NCBI GenBank assembly: GCA_000708835.1
Contig: DF237435.1
Coordinates: 5,306-69,305 of the forward strand
Origin: Klebsormidium nitens
Lineage: Eukaryota > Plantae > Klebsormidiophyceae
DNA: 64,000 nucleotides
Direction of reading: 5' to 3'
The notes below the pieces were generated by a model, which was not told the DNA's origin, did no database searches, and saw only the letters and a program-made list of their open reading frames with translations. The position numbers were made by a program, and so were the translations under genes. The first letter of the stretch is position 1. The number at the start of each line of letters is the position of its first letter. Positions 61,386 to 64,000 of this stretch are shown piece after piece.

Positions 61386-64000
61386 ATGCTACCGACATCC
61401 CTACTCTATGTGCTTGCCCTCCTAAGTTTCCCCCCGGCCTGTGGTCCCGCCCAAAGTACACATCCTGAGAAGTATGCCTCCTTTATAATAGGCAATGGAT
61501 CCCCCTTGCCGGTGGCGGGGGACCTTTGCTGGCATGTTTCTTCCCTGCCGTCGGCGGGAGAGCATTGCAACAGGACAGGAGTTGCTCAAAACCACACCCT
61601 GCTGGTTGCGGGTGTTGGTGGCGAGGCATACCTATCGGAGCAACCATATGTGTACACCACAATATGCCAAAGCCAAAACATTGACAAGCACCCGGACAAT
61701 CTCTGCTGTGAGTCCATGAGCACACATATGAGGAAGCCCTTCTTTAAAAATTTGCTGAGGATGAGGCCAACTGGACCAGGACCACCCACTTCTCAAAAGC
61801 CATCACAAAAGCTGCTTTTGGTAGCAAATGTTCTTGAAAAAATCTGGAGCAAATTACGAGGCTTGTTTTTACATGCCTTTACAGCCAAGACATACTCATG
61901 TACTGTGCCTGAGCTACAAGGAGCTTTTCCAGCTGCTCCCATGCTAATTGACAACCTCCCCCGTGAGGGCAGCCATTGTGCAGACTCCTTCACCTTCCTT
62001 CAGGCTCAGCACATCACCTCCTCCTTCGTGGAGGGGGGTATTCACACTTTCCGGTTGACTTCGAGCATTCTCCAATCGTACGGTTTCAATCATCGGCGTT
62101 TTGAAAGCTGCCGACTGCCTAACCGATTGGACGGTCCAAACCAAGTTACATGCAGAACTTACGCATCATGCGGTGCCGCCACCTGGCGCGCGAAGCGCGA
62201 CCCAATCATTGCCCGAGCGCCACCTCTTCCACGGCCGATCAAAATCGTACCCAGCTGCACGAGCACCACCCCGTTGAAGTTGCCCACCCCAGGCACTTTC
62301 GCTCCTTCGAACAGGAGCATTACCCAATCGAAGCTGCCCACCCAAAAAACCCAGGAAACCCAGGAAACCCAGAAAACCCATACTGATCTTTGCTCCTTTC
62401 TACAAGCTCTTCTACTAGCGTTCTTCGTTTGGCACTTGGCAGCCTGGCACTCTCGGGCCAATAAGATTTTCCTTAGAATGCAGATATACTACGCCGCAAT
62501 TTCGCTTAGGTTGTCAGGTAGAACCCGACGGATCCGACATCTATGTGCCGTACTGCACAGTCAACAAAAGCGCTTTCGGAAAAGGTCTCGTTCGGTATTT
62601 ACTTTTACAGCACTATTAGTTTCTATAGCAACGTGCAACTGCATTGTGCCAACGTCCTATGTGGTCAGCCGAGTACGGTGGCGCAAACAATCACGAACAC
62701 TGCCGCATCGGATCGGAGAGATTGGGTCATTTATTGACGATGCTATTCGCACGATGCACGCTGCGAATGGACTCACATTGAAGGCTTTTCTACACGAATT
62801 GTATCGGTCACATCCAATGTGCTGGACCGCACGATATCATATTGCACATGCAATACTAGCATCACATTCCATATTGTATGGTATCGCCGAAGCAAATGCT
62901 TTTCTAGGTTCTGTCCTTATTCTGTCGTTCTGCAAACTATTCATTGGTTTCGCGACTAGAAATGTTTCAGTCCTTTCTTATTGCGGTAATCTATTGTCTT
63001 CACTTATTTTTAGCCCAATGAGCTTCTTTGCGACAATCATCTGGGAATATCTTCAAGACGAGTATAGCGCAATTACTCGAAGCCTCCGACCTTGCCGACA
63101 AGTATGTCGCCTTTCCTGTATATACTTCCATCTTCAAAGCTGTTTGCTGCTTGTGTCAATAAAATACACGATCACCAATCCAGCTCATATGTGGTTATTT
63201 ATCTTGCTTCTGATCTGCGGGGATATTCATCCGAACCCTGGACCTGTTGAATCATCCGTGACTGATATGCACATTGACAACAAACATACACCGGTCGCTG
63301 TAAGTGAGTCATTAAAAATTCTAAACTGGAATGCACGAGGCTTAGGTGGCGTGCATGATCACAAGAAAAAAGAACTTTTGAAATACATGGATACGAATAA
63401 CATTCAAATTTCCATTATTACCGAAACGCGAGAAGCGGTTGGAAAATATAGTCAATCTCAAATAATCGAAGATGGTTTCACTATTTTTAAGGCGTCATAT
63501 TATGATAAGTCGCACACCGCCAAATTCCTAAGTCTTGACCAAATGATCTGGGGGGTGTGCCTTATTGTAAAATCAGGTCTTGCGTTCAACATTCAAAAAG
63601 TCAATAATTCTCTTCTTGGCGCTCGTCTAATACACGGAACCCTTACCGTGCCAAACAAATCACATACTGAGACCGAGCCAACCACTATAGACATCATTGG
63701 TATATACGGTCCTGCTTCAAAAGATAATGCCGTCAATGAGCCATTTTGGACCGCTCTCAAGGAATACATTCAAAAATTCCACAAAAAATACATTTCAGAC
63801 TTTGAAAGCGGTACTCGGCAATTGATCTTAGCGGGGGATTGGAACAGTTACCAAGATCCAGGTATGGATATTTATCGAGAGTATACGCTGGCCGGTTCTG
63901 AAAACGTAGATTCCAACCTACAAGATTTTCTAACAAACCTTTATGATGAAGACGGAATCTATCTTACGGATCTAATGGCCGCCTCCAAACTAGGTCCGTA
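61386..64000 (+). CDS. Partial polyprotein (at least 871 aa, runs off window): secreted/membrane-like N-terminal region, 2A-like motif, APE (EEP-family) endonuclease; probable non-LTR retrotransposon ORF
   Basis: Hand translation finds no stop from 61314 to 64000; absent from the ORF track presumably because it is unterminated. LLLICGDIHPNPGP at 63204-63245; APE motifs LKILNWNARG, IITET, IYGP, LAGDWN from about 63310. RT domain not visible in this window. Confidence 0.8.
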   Translation, partial: MLPTSLLYVLALLSFPPACGPAQSTHPEKYASFIIGNGSPLPVAGDLCWHVSSLPSAGEHCNRTGVAQNHTLLVAGVGGEAYLSEQPYVYTTICQSQNIDKHPDNLCCESMSTHMRKPFFKNLLRMRPTGPGPPTSQKPSQKLLLVANVLEKIWSKLRGLFLHAFTAKTYSCTVPELQGAFPAAPMLIDNLPREGSHCADSFTFLQAQHITSSFVEGGIHTFRLTSSILQSYGFNHRRFESCRLPNRLDGPNQVTCRTYASCGAATWRAKRDPIIARAPPLPRPIKIVPSCTSTTPLKLPTPGTFAPSNRSITQSKLPTQKTQETQETQKTHTDLCSFLQALLLAFFVWHLAAWHSRANKIFLRMQIYYAAISLRLSGRTRRIRHLCAVLHSQQKRFRKRSRSVFTFTALLVSIATCNCIVPTSYVVSRVRWRKQSRTLPHRIGEIGSFIDDAIRTMHAANGLTLKAFLHELYRSHPMCWTARYHIAHAILASHSILYGIAEANAFLGSVLILSFCKLFIGFATRNVSVLSYCGNLLSSLIFSPMSFFATIIWEYLQDEYSAITRSLRPCRQVCRLSCIYFHLQSCLLLVSIKYTITNPAHMWLFILLLICGDIHPNPGPVESSVTDMHIDNKHTPVAVSESLKILNWNARGLGGVHDHKKKELLKYMDTNNIQISIITETREAVGKYSQSQIIEDGFTIFKASYYDKSHTAKFLSLDQMIWGVCLIVKSGLAFNIQKVNNSLLGARLIHGTLTVPNKSHTETEPTTIDIIGIYGPASKDNAVNEPFWTALKEYIQKFHKKYISDFESGTRQLILAGDWNSYQDPGMDIYREYTLAGSENVDSNLQDFLTNLYDEDGIYLTDLMAASKLGP
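62340..62381 (+). repeat. 9-bp tandem repeat (ACCCAGGAA-like, TQE/TQK x4-5) inside the polyprotein ORF
   Basis: acccaaaaaacccaggaaacccaggaaacccagaaaacccat read directly. Confidence 0.85.

Larger units (their letters stand above)
53853..61403 (+). mobile_element. hAT-like cut-and-paste DNA transposon, 7551 bp, with terminal inverted repeats
   Basis: Left end TAGGGATGTCGG (53853-53864) and right end CCGACATCCCTA (61392-61403) are perfect inverted repeats; patchy inverted similarity continues about 200-250 bp inward (CCAGTCTG 53885 / CAGACTGG 61353; 53937-53959 vs 61288-61312). Encloses a DDE transposase. Flanks CTCTACCTATG and CTCTATG suggest a damaged 7-bp TSD. Confidence 0.85.

Overview
Eukaryotic nuclear DNA with GC-rich exons, GT-AG introns and AT-richer spacers. 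Gene content (PHOS32/34-type USP, plastid ABCF5, plant-type TEX10 and RPL26) points to the green lineage, most plausibly a streptophyte alga such as Klebsormidium (inference only). I reconstructed spliced models by hand for ETF-alpha (-), PRP6/STA1 (+), a giant Lon protease (-), IPI1/TEX10 (-), a rhodanese (+), a VHL-beta-domain protein (-), a Gly-rich repeat protein (+), ABCF5 (-), ARL8 (-), RPL26 (+) and a USP (-). The last 10 kb is mobile DNA: a 7.55-kb TIR-bounded hAT-like transposon with an intron-containing DDE transposase, followed directly by a long ORF missing from the supplied track (61386 to beyond 64000, no stop). That ORF reads as signal peptide, Cys-rich ectodomain, membrane segments, a 2A-like GDIHPNPGP motif and an APE endonuclease. 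The strongest leads are (1) this possible membrane-glycoprotein-carrying, 2A-processed retroelement, (2) a predicted 2526-aa Lon with a ~1640-aa unknown insert and a membrane anchor replacing its N-domain, and (3) a VHL-like protein with a conserved hydroxyproline pocket and an F-box-like tail. No database search or prediction tool was run; family calls rest on motifs recognised by eye.
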